From Camelus ferus (lineage: Eukaryota), in contig NC_045696.1 of assembly GCF_009834535.1 (NCBI RefSeq), positions 54,686,001 through 54,750,000 on the forward strand: a stretch of DNA of 64,000 nucleotides, in the 5' to 3' direction. The first letter of the stretch is position 1. Each line of letters starts with the position of its first letter. The position numbers and the translations under genes are program-made. Below, one piece after another: positions 11,673 to 24,700 of this stretch. Under the pieces are notes generated by a model, which was not told the DNA's origin, ran no database searches, and saw nothing but the letters and a program-made list of their open reading frames with translations.

Positions 11673-13803
11673 GTTAAAGATAAAAGGGCATGATGGTATA
11701 TAATGCACATAAAGTATGAACTTTGTATTTGTAATGCACAGAAAGTCGATCTCTTCCCACTGAAGTTGACTGTTTTATTAATAAAATGTCACACAATCTA
11801 AAGTAGTCTGCAATTTATTGTCACATTTTCTCTCATTAGTTTTTCTATGATGCCTTATGTAGAAAGAATTGCCTCATTAATAACTCTGACGAGTTGCTTT
11901 TCAAAGATGTTGATTATTTTTTCCTTTTGCATTTGACAAAGCTTAGAAATAGGACCAAAATGCCTTTCTTATAATAGTGTTAGGTTACTTTTTAATAATG
12001 AGTCAACTGTGGGAGTTTTAATCACTTACACTAAATTCATCTTTATGCACAGATAAACCCTACATGATACCCAAACTAACACAGACATACAACAAAGAAT
12101 TTATGGAGTACTCAGAAAAGGGAAAAATACTCAAATAATGTTTGACTGAAGTCAGCTTTCATATATTTAATATTTTTGTGGCTGAGATTATAATTGAGGG
12201 GGAAGAGATGGCTTATAAGCAAGTAACTTACGCCTGTGGGTTTGAGTTTGAGTTTTGAAAGTGAGTGTATACAACAAAGTATCTTGCCTTAATCATCAGT
12301 TCTAAACACTTGGGTCCACTATACTAAGAGAAGCTTTCCTTAGCAAATCTCTTGAATGTGTTGTTATTCAATTTGATTTGCTTCTTCCTTTATCACTGCC
12401 CAGCTTCTTACAATCTATAAGGAAAAATTTACGTATTTTTTGCTTCACTTAAAGAGGCTTTAGTGATTTCTTAACATTTTATTATAGATTTTTTCTCCTA
12501 TTTCTGGTATCAGAATAAAAGAAAAAATTACTCTCTAGGAAAAATTAATCTTAGAAGTTTCAAAAGCAACAATCCCACAATAGTTAATTCAGGACAGCAA
12601 AACAGAAAGCAAATCAAGGAACTAAAGATTAAGGCCTGGGTGTTTATAAGACAACATTCATGCAAATAGTTAAATGCACATAATAAAAGCTGAAGATATC
12701 TCTCTAGTTTCTGAAGTGAAAGAGTTCCCATAAAACCCACAAGTATTCATAGATGTATGCAGAGTTCACATTTTAATGAGGATGACTGTTTCCAGGAATT
12801 ACACAGTGGTGGTGTGCTATCCATACATAAGCAACACAGACAGAAGCTGCAACTGGTTTTCATCCCCCAGAGCTCACTTTTAACAGCTGAACATTAAAAC
12901 ACTGAATTTAGCATCGAAGAATCTCCATTTATTAAGTTTTGTTTCCAAGAAATTTCAAATGAGCTATTACAGAATAAATAATTTGAATTTCTCCATGTGC
13001 ATTTCATAAGTGAAGGTTTTTAGTACTCATGCCCATAAAGGTGTATTTTTATTATGACTCCAGTATCGTTAGCCCAAAGAGAGGAAATTATTTCCCCTGT
13101 ATCTAATTTAGACTTCCTTAAGCTTAGTGGTTTGACTTTAAATAACTAAATTTCATCTCAGAATTCTCTCTTCTTTAACTCTTTACAAGATACTTCTGAC
13201 ATATTCAAACTCCCTAATTTTACTGGCAGCTATCAGTTAAATAAGCATTTGATTGACTCCTTCAACGCAATTTAATAATTTTCCCTAACCATTTGTGACC
13301 AGAAGCCAGTTGACAAATGTTAACTGTAACACCTGTAAGTGCTGGTAGCTTTTCACTGTCCATGGCCTCCCCATCTCTCTGTAGCCCAGAGATATATCAA
13401 TTGAACCAGCTAGATAGTGGTCAAGATTTCTTCACAGGCCCTTCTGTCTATAGTAGACATTTGTTCTGTGCTCACGAACTTGATATATGGCTGTGGAATC
13501 AAAGACATACATTCATCATAAAAGAAGCTGGTCTTTTATTTAGGAACTGTAAGGTAGCTGATAAGTGCAAAGCAAAGAACACCCAAGAGAAAGAAGGGAA
13601 GAAAGATGGGGAGCTAACAGTGAGTAGAAATGAACAAAGGATTATGGAGTACTGCACAGGAGCTATTTATTCAGCTGCTGGGTTACAACCACGTTATCTT
13701 TTCAATTTCTTTCTTCTCCAACCCTTCCTTAGGGACCTACTACATGACCTTACAATAGGAAGTGCTTAGTCAATATTCACCACCACCAGAGCACACCAAT
13801 CAC

Positions 13804-13834
13804 CTGTAGTTTGTACCATCACTTCGGTAATGCG
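13804..13834 (-). CDS. Candidate 31-nt internal exon (phase 0->1; RITEVMVQTT)
   Basis: Minus strand reads ctcac...cattcctttttcctag|CGCATTACC...CTACAG|gtgatt, with a good branch point and polypyrimidine tract. 80+31=111 nt restores phase 1. Confidence 0.6.
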
Positions 13835-14023
13835 CTAGGAAAAAGGAATGTGGACCAGTGAGACACGGAAGGAGATTCTTTTCACTCTTCTGATCGTCTT
13901 TCTTGGAGCCCCATCTTCCCTCTGCCCAGACTTTGGTATTCAGCTTAGGCCCATTAAAGTCTCTAGAAAAACTTATTTCATTTCCAGCCCCTGAACGAAA
14001 ACCAGTATTCATTTTTTTTCCAG

Positions 14024-14145
14024 GATGGAATCACAAGAGAAATACGAAAGCTAACTGCACATGGTATAAATAAACATGGTATGGGAACACAAGCGCGGAA
14101 CACGGCGGCCTGACTCGGACGAGAGACAATCCAGCATAACAAACA
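14024..14145 (+). other. CpG-rich element / candidate antisense non-coding exon
   Basis: Plus strand reads ttttttttccag|GATGG...AAACA|gtaagt. Six CpGs lie within 14093-14121. Confidence 0.3.
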
Positions 14146-15509
14146 GTAAGTTGTGCTTTGCCCCTGGCATTTTCTGGCTCCATCAATAATTATATAATAC
14201 AACAGTCACTGATTTCTCAGCCCTGGATCAATAATGGGTTTCACATCTCCTCTAGAGCTGGTTGTTGACCAAGGTGGTTGCTCAAACCCCCACCCTATTC
14301 ATGGTAAAAATCGATGCTTGCATAACTGCTATGTGCTTGGAATGTCAGCATCAGAGCACTAGAGAAATGTGGACTTCAACAGCGCTGCAGAATACGCAAT
14401 GATTTCATATCTGCCCCCACAAGCCCATACAGCTTAACAAATAGCTTCAAAGAAAAGTCCTCAAGCCAACATTTTGGAGACCTGAAAAATTAACAGCAGC
14501 CACAAACACGTGGCACACTCACAGGCCCAAAGCACACGGTGGATGGATGCCCAGTTTCATTTGTCCCACAGTTAACACATATCACACATTCTAACAGATA
14601 AGCTGACAGTGTAGCTTTGTGTATGATTCATACCAGAGGATGGTCATGCCACAATATTGGGGATGAACCCTCTGACTTCTGGTCCAGACAGATTTCATCA
14701 CATCCCACAGGGCATCAAAAGGTGATTACACATCATAAAATGTATTTTCAAAATGTCAAGAGACTCCCTGTCTTTGTGCATAGTAGCACATCTTCAAGCA
14801 CAAATATTCTCTGAAAAGCAATACTAGTGTGTGTAATAGATACACAAAATGAGGAGATCTAAAATCATCCTTTTAATCTCATCAAGACAGATGGCCCAAC
14901 TTGATAATACAGATGCCAAAATAGATTTGAAAAAATCAAATTACCCAATTTGGTTGTCTGCCTTGATTTAGTTAACTAGACAATGGCCCTGACTCCTTTT
15001 CACAGTGAAGTCCTAGAGTGGTAGTATATCAATGAGGGCAAAACTGTGAAATAGTTTCTTTCTTAACTTCTACTGCACACTCCTCTACAGGGTCTCTAGG
15101 CATGAAGATGCCAGAGGAATCCCTCACAGACATTAAGAGCCTTCATTTTGCAGTCAAAAAAATTAAAGGAAATCCAGAGAGAATGAGTGAGTCATCCAAG
15201 GTCAGCAGCATCCTTGGTGTCTCATGGGCAGGGGACCCATGTGCTGTCCACTGTGTCAAATCTCCCATTACGATGACAATTATTATGTGCAGGCTCTAGA
15301 GCCATGCTCTTAAATTACCCTCCCCTACCCCTCCTCATATCAATTTTTTAAATTTTCTCATTTTACTTATGAAATATAACTTAGCCTGATAAATGTATCC
15401 ACAATATAGTGTTATCAAGGCAGAGGCTTCTCTTCTTTTCCAACCACTTTCCCTCCCCTCCCCTCTCCAGTAACTCTTTCTACCTGTAGGTTTGTCCTAA
15501 ATCAGTTAA

Positions 15510-16440
15510 TATTAACTCCATTCTTTGAGTTGCGCAGACCACAATCTTTGGACTTTTATTATTTTAACTATGTTATGTCTAAATCTTTGGAGCCATTCCT
15601 TTCCTGACTTATGTCCCATACCCAGTCCATCATGAAGTACTGCCATCATGAAATATTTCAGCATGGATCCAGAATCTAACCATTTCTCATCACTCTCACG
15701 GCTACTACTTTGGTCCAAGTTACCATCGTATCCCACCTGTATTACTGCAATAGCTTCCCAACTATGTCTACAGGAGGATGACATTGCCTCTACCTTCGCG
15801 ATGCTCGTGCTCACCCGCAGGTTACTCTTTCATCACCACCGTCAAAATCATCCTTCTAAAGCCTAATTATGAGCATGCCACTTTTCTGCTTACAACCTTT
15901 CAATGGCTCTACAGCTCACTAGAAAGAAACAGGTCCTGACAATGGTCTGTAAGATCCTACACAATCCATCCATTTCTCTAACTTCATCTTCTCTTCACCT
16001 GCTTGCTCATTCTGTGCCCTCCACTCCGGCTTCTTGTTGCTTGAATACTCCAGGCATGCTCTGGCCTCAGCATTTCATAGCTTTCCCTTCTTCCTGGACC
16101 AATTTTCCCTCAGATATATACATGATTTGCTCCTCATCTCCTTCAAGATTCTGCCTAAATGTCACCTTCCCTGATTTCCCTTTGAAAAAATGCAACTTCC
16201 CCTCTTACCCCTGCCCCAGCCTTTCCTTCCTACTTTTCTTCACAATTAACTTCTAGCATACCATATAACTAACTTTTTCTTTTGTGTATTTTCTGTCCTC
16301 CCTGATCAAATGTAAACTTTAAGAAGTGGGGAGCTGGGGGCAGGGGACAGACGTGAAGAGGTTTGTTTTGTTCACTACTCAACCACAGTATGTAGTATGA
16401 TAGCACAGAGCAAGCATTTGGTTACTACTGACCAGTTAAT
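15510..16440 (+). mobile_element. L2 (L2a-like) fragment
   Basis: Pyrimidine-rich L2 text (CCAGAATCTAACCATTTCTC...TACTGCAATAGCTTCCCAACT...AAATGTCACCTTCC). It explains ORFs 15512..16256. Confidence 0.85.
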
Positions 16441-17295
16441 TAGTAAATTTGAAGATAAATATCAGGTTGAAGGGTAAAGAAGTAGAGGGGACAGTTCTGA
16501 ATAAAGGAACTTTCTGTATTCTGTTTATTATCACCAGAGGCAAATTCTTTCCCTGGCAACACAGAAGGTTGGTTCGAGGTATGCAAGTCTTCTACGTAAT
16601 CAGGCTTCTTTCTTAAGTAAATGTTGGAGATGATCTGACATTGAGTAATGTTCTTAGGCAGAAAAAGAATTCAGGAGTGGAAATGCTGCTGTTTTTTCCT
16701 CTAATTGTTGGGAATCCAACAATCACTCTTTACCCAGGAGGCTTGATTCAAGGGTCCAGTAGTTCCCTTCTCCAGCACTCTCTGCTCTAGCGAGTGAGTT
16801 GGCAAAAGTCAGGGAATGAGGGACTGGGGGAACAAAGAGAAAGTGTGAGGGCCTCCCTCTCTCCATGATTCCCTCAAAGTCTGAGACCTTTACTTCCCTC
16901 ACTTCTTCCCCTCTTGCCACTTTCTATGTCAAGGGGCAGGCAGGGCATGAAAAGGATTAAACAATCCTTTACACTGGGAATCAGGACTGGAGAAGGCAAT
17001 TTCAGGATTTACAAAAGTGATCAAAGGAATCTGAAGTTTTCCAAATTCCCAGTAAGAATGGAAAATTCAAAGAATTTATGGCACAAAGTACACTGAGTGA
17101 GTCACAGTCTTCTGCTGAGCTAATTATACAGAACAGAGAGCAGGGACCCATCACCACAGATGGTCAGCTGGGCAAAGAAGGAATGATGAATGGGACCTTA
17201 ACACTGTCCAACCACCTGGCCCAAAGGGCTCCCTTTCTGAAGACACCCTCAGTCTGTTTGCATGAAAGTAGAGTGCTAGAACAATTCTATCTTAC

Positions 17296-17375
17296 CTTTT
17301 TCTTTTCTTCTTTACGCATGTGCTTCAGCACGACGTCAACAAATGAAGTACCAGCAAAAAGAGACCACGTCCAGT
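17296..17375 (-). CDS. Candidate 80-nt internal exon (phase 1->0; DWTWSLFAGTSFVDVVLKHMRKEEKKK)
   Basis: Minus strand reads catttttgtag|ACTGGACG...AAAAAG|gtaaga, a strong AAG|GTAAGA donor. It has a purine-rich GAAGAA-type enhancer-like 3' end and 4 CpGs. Only one frame is open. Confidence 0.65.
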
Positions 17376-20300
17376 CTACAAAAATGTTTAGATTTCAGTG
17401 CACTTTTACTTGTTTCGTTAGAGAAAGAGTATCAGCTATATCCGACCCAACCACTCCATACAAACTTTAATTACAACACTCAGAAAACATGGCATGAAAA
17501 AAAAAATTAAATGTAAATGAAAAAGGAACTGATCCCTGGGAAGAGATAGGCTGTTGTGAACTGTGGATCTTTATTCCAAGAAAATCTACAAATGAAGACA
17601 TTATTAGGGAACTTGACAAGTAACAAACAGCAATACAAATACCAAAACACCTTCTTAATCAGAGTTGATATATGTAATTAAATTTTTTTTGGTCATTAGG
17701 GGAATCTCTTTATCTTACTGACAAGACAAAGAAGGCATCATTAGTTGAATACAACAATCAAACATAGCAACATCTGACTCCATGTGAATCATCCTGAGGT
17801 AAAGGTAAAGAGATAATGTTAAAGCTAAATAGAAGAGCCATCATTTTATTTTAGTGGTTTCCCAGGCCACTGGACATGACCTGTATTTCCAAAGTTCTGC
17901 CTCTCTTAAAGACTCCTGTGCTCAGATATGCAAATCTACTCTCATTCTAAATTTACCTTGGGAGAGTCAATCAAAATAAGGAGATCAGTAATTTATTTTT
18001 TCATGAATTTTGGGGAAGAGCTGCCACTCTGGATCTTCTGGATTAAACAATCTTCCCAGAGCAAAGTTCTGGAGAAGAGAATCCTCCTCTTGCACTTGGC
18101 TTAACCTTAGACAGGCTCTTTAACCCGAACATTACAGAATTTTGACTCTAACTTGGGCAGGAAGGTAGGCTGAAAAAGATCTTCTACCTCTGAGAGGAAT
18201 TAAAGACTGTCTGGCAGTCGAAGAGTCTGTAGAATTACATGACATTCTGTCCAGCTTGATCTTCCTGAGGCCTAGGGAATGTCCCATTGTCGGTTAGAAG
18301 TGGTTTTGTCAAACAAGTAGAACTAGTCAATGGTCACCTGATCTACATTCAGTATCACTTTGTATACTTCGATATTTGAAAGCTTTTATCACATCAGGCT
18401 AAAAAATTCAATCCTCATACCCCATTTCCTTCATTGCACTTATAATAATTGTAATTGATTAACTGTGTGATTATAGCCCTGTTTGTTCACTGCTTTATCC
18501 AACGCACTTAGAAAAATGCCTAGCAAATAATATTCATTATAAAAGTAATCAATGGATGGATAAATGGAGGAAGGAGGTAGCTTCTCTAAACTCATCCCCT
18601 TTGTTCACAATGATAATTGAGTTATTGTTTTAAGGATCTTTAATCAAATTAAAAGTTGCTGAGCTCACTTTTGAAGCAAGATCATTGTCACCTACATCCT
18701 TAAATATGGAGATAAAAGTTCCTTCCTCTGTCTGTGTTACTCCCAGGCCAACCTAGGTTTAAGGGTTTATTTATAATGGTACGAATCATTTTGTGCTGGG
18801 AATGCTCACAGCAAGTCCCTGATGTTCAAATATAAGAAATTTCAGTATTTTTCTACTAAAATCATGTGGGTGGCATGGTGGAATGAAACAAATATGCACC
18901 ATGGTGTTCTTGAAACCAGGGATTTCAATGCCAACTTGTCTTCTACACTTTATAATTAGTGGGGGATATTACATATTTCTGAGCCTCGGTTTCTCCATGT
19001 ACAAATATGTCCACACCATTGCAGACAAATTGGGAAGATCAAATGAGATTTTTAAGGAAAGGCTTAGAAAGTACTATAGACGCTTAATAATTCAACAAGG
19101 AACATCAGCAAGCCATCCTCTGCCTGAACACAGGAAAGATGGCAACAGCCATTTTATGGGTTTCATTTTCCACATTTGTAACTGAATACAGTCTCCTGCT
19201 CTCTTCTGAAGAGCATCAAAATTAGATAATTCCTGGAGCTTAAAAGTCATTCAAAGAGGAGGTTCATGAAAGTCAGCTAGGGGCTATCAAGTCCTCAGGT
19301 TCATGTTGTTGGAGTAAAGTACCGAAGATCAGGAGACATAGACTCTGGCTGGAGGCTGTCTGTGTACCTACACATGTTTCTAGACTTCACTGCTGGGCAC
19401 TCCTGCCTTGTTAGTCTGGGATATCACATCCCAAGACCAGGCCTCATCCTCAAGTAAACCATCACTTCACCACGAGTAAGGGGATATATGTTCCCAAAAA
19501 ACAAAAACTCAAAGTCCCACAAGCCACACATGCATGCAATTCAAGTAAATGATACAACATTAATTGAAATGCTTAAGAGAGGCTGTGAAGTAAGACATAC
19601 TGAAAATTAAATCCTGACTCCACCACTTATTGGTTGGGTAATGCTGGGCAAGACACACAACAAACCTGAACCAAACTTCTTCATCCAAAAGAACAAATGG
19701 AATAATCATGGCTGTTTTGCTGTGTTGTGTGAGGAATAAATAATAGAAGTCCCCACTCTATGGAAAGCATTCAATAAAGATCTGCTGTTACATTAATTCT
19801 TAGTCTATATTGTGAAAGCTTGACCTGAGAGTGTGTCTGAGAGCATACAGATGATCAATATATCAGTTTGTATTTATTGTTTAAATTGTCTTCATTTAAG
19901 GGAGCCTGTTTTTAAAAATAAACATTTGACTTTGCAACCTTAAGACTGAGATCTCCAATATAGATGAAGCAGTTCAGAAAAGGGATGACAGTTCTGATGA
20001 TCCAGGTGCTTCCATGAAGAGCCACGATGTTCAGTGGTACCAGAACCCCACATCAGTATCAGTGTGCTATCTTTAAAGGGATGCTTACACTGAAGGATGT
20101 ATTTGGGAGGGGAATAGATCTTACAAATTATGTATATTTAACACCTAAAAGAGAAAATATTACTATAACAACTTAACACTGGTACAAACTGAAAAAATGA
20201 AATGTAAAATAATTTGTACTAACACAGTGCTTATTTACCACAGGAAAATTTGACCTAAAGTTGGTATTTTTCTTAATTTCATTCATGTTTATATAAATAT

Positions 20301-20758
20301 TAGTCCAAGATTAGGAAAATGTGGGTTACCTTTTACAGACTCTGTTAAAAGAGGATCAAAGAAAGAGTTTTACATACCCAAATAAGAAACAAAATAGTGA
20401 AATATCTTGATACCCACCCTGAGAGAAATAAGCACTATCATAGGTAATGAAAAATCAACTCACATTTGGTTTTGCAAAGGCGGCACTTATGTTTAATATT
20501 ATATGTTATAAGATTTATATTACAGTAGATTAAATGTTGTAAGGATAAAATACACAATATGTAATCATATTTAATATATTAGTGATAACAATCATATTGA
20601 AATACATGTTCTGTGTTCACTATATTATACTACGGTACTGCAGTAAATTGAATTAAGTGTATTTAATACCTTGAAAACTCACAGCTCTTCACTCATAAGA
20701 TAAAGGAAGGTCTGGCTGCCTTTTTGTCCCACTGTTCATCCTTTCTATCCCCTTATTC

Positions 20759-20796
20759 TATAAATGTCTGAAGAATGCATTTCTCAGACATTTATA
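20759..20796. repeat. Perfect 13-bp inverted repeat with a partly palindromic spacer
   Basis: TATAAATGTCTGA-agaatgcatttc-TCAGACATTTATA. Confidence 0.9.
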
Positions 20797-22314
20797 AACA
20801 GCCATCCTACAGCCACGCTTGTTTCTAAACATGCTGCTTCACACCTTCCATGGGACAGGTTAATGATTATTTTTGGTTTTAGACGCCATCTGTTACAGCT
20901 TCTTCTGGGCCAAAGATCCTGTTTATGTCAACAAATTACTTAATTAAGCAAACTAGGTGATGACAATGATGAGGTTTTGAAAATGATGTGGGTGTTCACG
21001 GAAACCATGTAACTCAGTATTATGCTCTATTTGGAAGAATATAGAGGAGCTGCATTAGGGAGCAGTGTAGTGGGATAAGGGGTACAGATAAGAGGGGACC
21101 AGCAAGGTCCCCCAAGAGGTGGGATGGAAAGTGATGGAGTCCACAGGTTGAGGAACTGGCTTTAGGTCCAAGGATTCGCACCGCTTCCTCTGATAGCAAA
21201 GGAAAGAAGGTCTTTCATAAAGGAAAGAAGACAAATTGAGTTCCTCCTGTGCACTTAGTAAGGCCTACCATGTGACAGGCCATGGGGAGAAAAGGGACAT
21301 CAATACCTCTGCACAGCTGTAGAGTAGTTTCTAAAAGTCCACATTCACTTGACAATGAACTTGACTTCAGAATACTGTCTCACTCCTGAGATGCTGTATC
21401 TTATTTAATTCATGACTCCCTGATGCTCCTGCATACTCAATGAAGACTCCAAATTAGAGCACTCCTCACAAATCCCCTTAAATCACTTTTGTCAAATTAC
21501 ATGCACAAAATATGATTTCATCTCCATTAAGAAATTCACTAATTCTAAAATTAGCAGATAATTCAAATAATGTTTTTTGTTTGTAAATTCACAGCTCTCA
21601 TGGATTTTCTATAATTCTAATTACGTGCAGGAATAGACAAACCAGAGTTTATAAAGAAAACCCTTGGATTTACTATAATTTTAATAATATTGAAAGGATA
21701 GACTTAAGCCACTATTATTATCAGATGTTAAGCTTAACTGCTCACAAAAGTCATGCCTTCCATACATGGAAAGACTTCTCTTGTTTGAAATGGGATTCTA
21801 AACATGACTTCTTCAGAAAGCCCAAAATGTTAAGTAATGCTTAGTTCAGCAAAATCACTCTGGTACAAATACACTTATGGCAATAACCCTAATTATAATA
21901 ATTTGGGCAATACTGTACAAACAGCCATTGGACCACTGCCCTAACTGACCCCTGGGAGTAATACATCACTGGCATCAACACCAGGTAGATCCAAAAACAA
22001 AGTATTAAGATCTTGAGTTATGAACAGTGAAATCTCCCAATTGGAAAGTTTAGTAAAAATGCGTTGTGTATAAAGTTCATAATGAAAAAAAGGCAAGTGG
22101 TCTTGTACATAGTAACTCGAAAGCACTATTTTTAAATAGCTGGAAATAAATGAAATAAATACCTGTGTTGTTCCCTGCTGATGACCATCAGGCCCCAAAG
22201 AAATGTATTAAGAGATGGGAGGAAAGAGGAACTAAGTAGCCAGAATGGGCTCTACTCCATTCTAATCACCTCCTTCATTGCTCTGCAAGCAAATTCTGGG
22301 ATTCTAATATAAAG

Positions 22315-22445
22315 GATGATCGTAAGTCTTAGCTTGGCTTAGACAGTACTAGTTTATACCTATGGTCCCAGTGCAATTATTGATAAAGTTCCCTTTCATT
22401 CTCAGAAGTGCCTTGGACTGAACGATAAACTACGTGGTCACCCTA
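22315..22445 (-). mobile_element. MER94-like hAT-Blackjack MITE
   Basis: GGTCCCAGTGCAATTATT...CCCTTTCATTCTCA...GATAAACTACGTGGTCACCCTA terminus. Confidence 0.75.
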
Positions 22446-24700
22446 CCAGTAAGCTGTCAGACAATGATTGATCTCCCTTCAGAGTATTGTGACATTAAAA
22501 GGAATGGATCACTGCGTTATCTGTTGCTGTCATTGCTATTATTTAATACCAAGGGAACAGTATTGGTGTGCTGAAGACAAGAATCAATAAAAAGCAATGC
22601 TATGAGCCTTCAGGAGATGAACAGAACCTCATTGTGAGGAGAGATTTTAGAAGTGACTAGCATTTTATGTTCACCAAGAAAAAGCTGATTGTCCAAACAA
22701 CATGGCAATACTATAGCTTGGATTTAACATTTAACTAGCAAGTAAAATCCTTATCTACAGAATCCACAAGGCAATGAAAGGCTCATGCCTCTGCCCTGAT
22801 TCCGTTCACCTCCACAAAATGTAGAAATTGTTATTCTTCAATTGTTCAATCCACAAACTTTTATTAGAAATCTATTACAATTTACCCCACTATTTGTCAT
22901 GATGGCATTTAGAAGCAGCCATGGTACTTGCCTTTAAACAGCTCATATTTTAACTGATGATTCAAGACCAAAACAATCACATAACTAAGTACAAAACTAA
23001 GTGGCAATAACTCTTACATAAAGTAATTTTTAAAGCAACAGAATACTGAGTAAGGGCCACTCAAGAATAAAGGCTTGAACTTAGGCATAAAGGCTACAGA
23101 TGTCTCCAAAGGATGGAGAGGAGAAGAGTAACTGCAGGAATGAACATATTCAGGGGCTAAAATCAGATTGGTTTTGAAAGGAAATTTTAAAAACATAGTT
23201 GAATAGATATGGTGGAGCCATCTTCCAGAAACTTCAGAAAACTTAGGTACAAATATTCAGATTTGAGGTAAATATATGGTACTGATGTTAAAAATCATCC
23301 AGTGTCTGTCATCTCCATTTTAGTAAAGGTTTTTCTACACAACAATCTGAGACTCAACATGATAAAAAGTTCTAGACAGGAAAAATATCCAGCCTCTTGT
23401 TATCCTCAGTCCTAAAGAACAGCTGCAGTGAACAAAAAATGTGATCCAATAAACTGTACATTAATTTATGATTCAGATATTTCAGATTTCTTTGAATAAC
23501 CAAAGAAAGATATGCCCTGAATCCAAGCTCACAACTTTTAATTCATTTTCTCTTACTTCCCAAGATCACATACCCTGGTGATGACTTTAGGATTCAGAAT
23601 GTTTAGACCCTTTCAAATATACAAAGGTTATTACTCTAATCCTCTGTTTTAACCTCCTCTCACCATTGCTTTCATGAAGACTCACTTGTCTTCTGAAGGT
23701 ATTCCCAAGTAAACCTCCCTGCCTCCACTCACCAAAATTACTCCATCAAGATAACTGCCAACCAAATCTGTGAATACTCAGTATTTTCTGTATAGCAGTA
23801 ATTAATTGATGATAGGCATATTTTCATAATGTGAATCTGTCTTCTCTTTCCTCTTTTAGACTGTGATCACTACAAGGGCAGGAAACTATCTTCTATTTTC
23901 TTGCAACCATCATTATGTATTATTATTTAGCATTTAGTAAGATACAATAGTTTATTGTAGAAGAATATGAATCAGTTTCTCACAGCTGAAAGCATATAAT
24001 GACCACAAAAAATAGAAGCATTAGTACTAGCCAAAGGAATTAAAAATAAGAAAACTAACTATATGTAAAATTTTGAATCAAATAAAATAGTAAGAGAAAA
24101 TAGATTCTCTAAATAAATAGGCAGGCTTGAAATAAGTGACTGCTCAACAATGGCTAAAATACTGATTTTTTTTTTTTTCTGCAATAAACCGAAGAGCAAT
24201 GGATGATTAGGAAGTAACGAAGATGCTGCTAAAATAGCTATTGATGAAAGGCTGGTAAGAAAACACTCAGAACAACCGAACATTTACAAATAAGGAATCC
24301 CCTGGTAGAATTATTGAACATGGGACAAGCTAGGGGGAATAATTAGATAGATTTTGAAAGTGAAATTTGAGGGCCGAGGCAAAGCAGAATATTACAACAT
24401 TTCTGACACAATTACTGAGCTAGTCGACCAAAGAAATAGTGGATGAGTGCTGGCCCCATGCAGAATTGTTAAATGGTCCAAAATTGCTTCCAGGACCACC
24501 TACAACTCCTTCCCATGGCCATCCTTTGTCCATGGCCCCTTTGTCTTGACCCAATACTCTGACCAGTGCTTTGCAGCTATTCTGGCTGGCCAGATTACCA
24601 AAGGTAACTTCCTCTCCATTCTTTTCCCAGGCCTCTGTTTTCCACCAAGACAGTAGCTAGGTATGTTGTTATACTAATCAATGAAGGTTAACATAGTTTA

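Noticed and set aside
12030..12059. 30-nt minus-strand segment bounded by TAG and GTAAGT (GLSVHKDEFS in phase 0)
   Set aside because: Weak G-rich acceptor tract with an upstream AG, and a stop in the phase-1 frame of the chain.
13317..13769. Longest ORF in the track (150 aa, plus strand)
   Set aside because: No recognisable domain and no supporting promoter or splice context. The length is compatible with chance in 64 kb.
17078..17470. 130-aa plus-strand ORF
   Set aside because: It is the antisense shadow of the minus-strand 80-nt exon; the splice signals support the minus strand.
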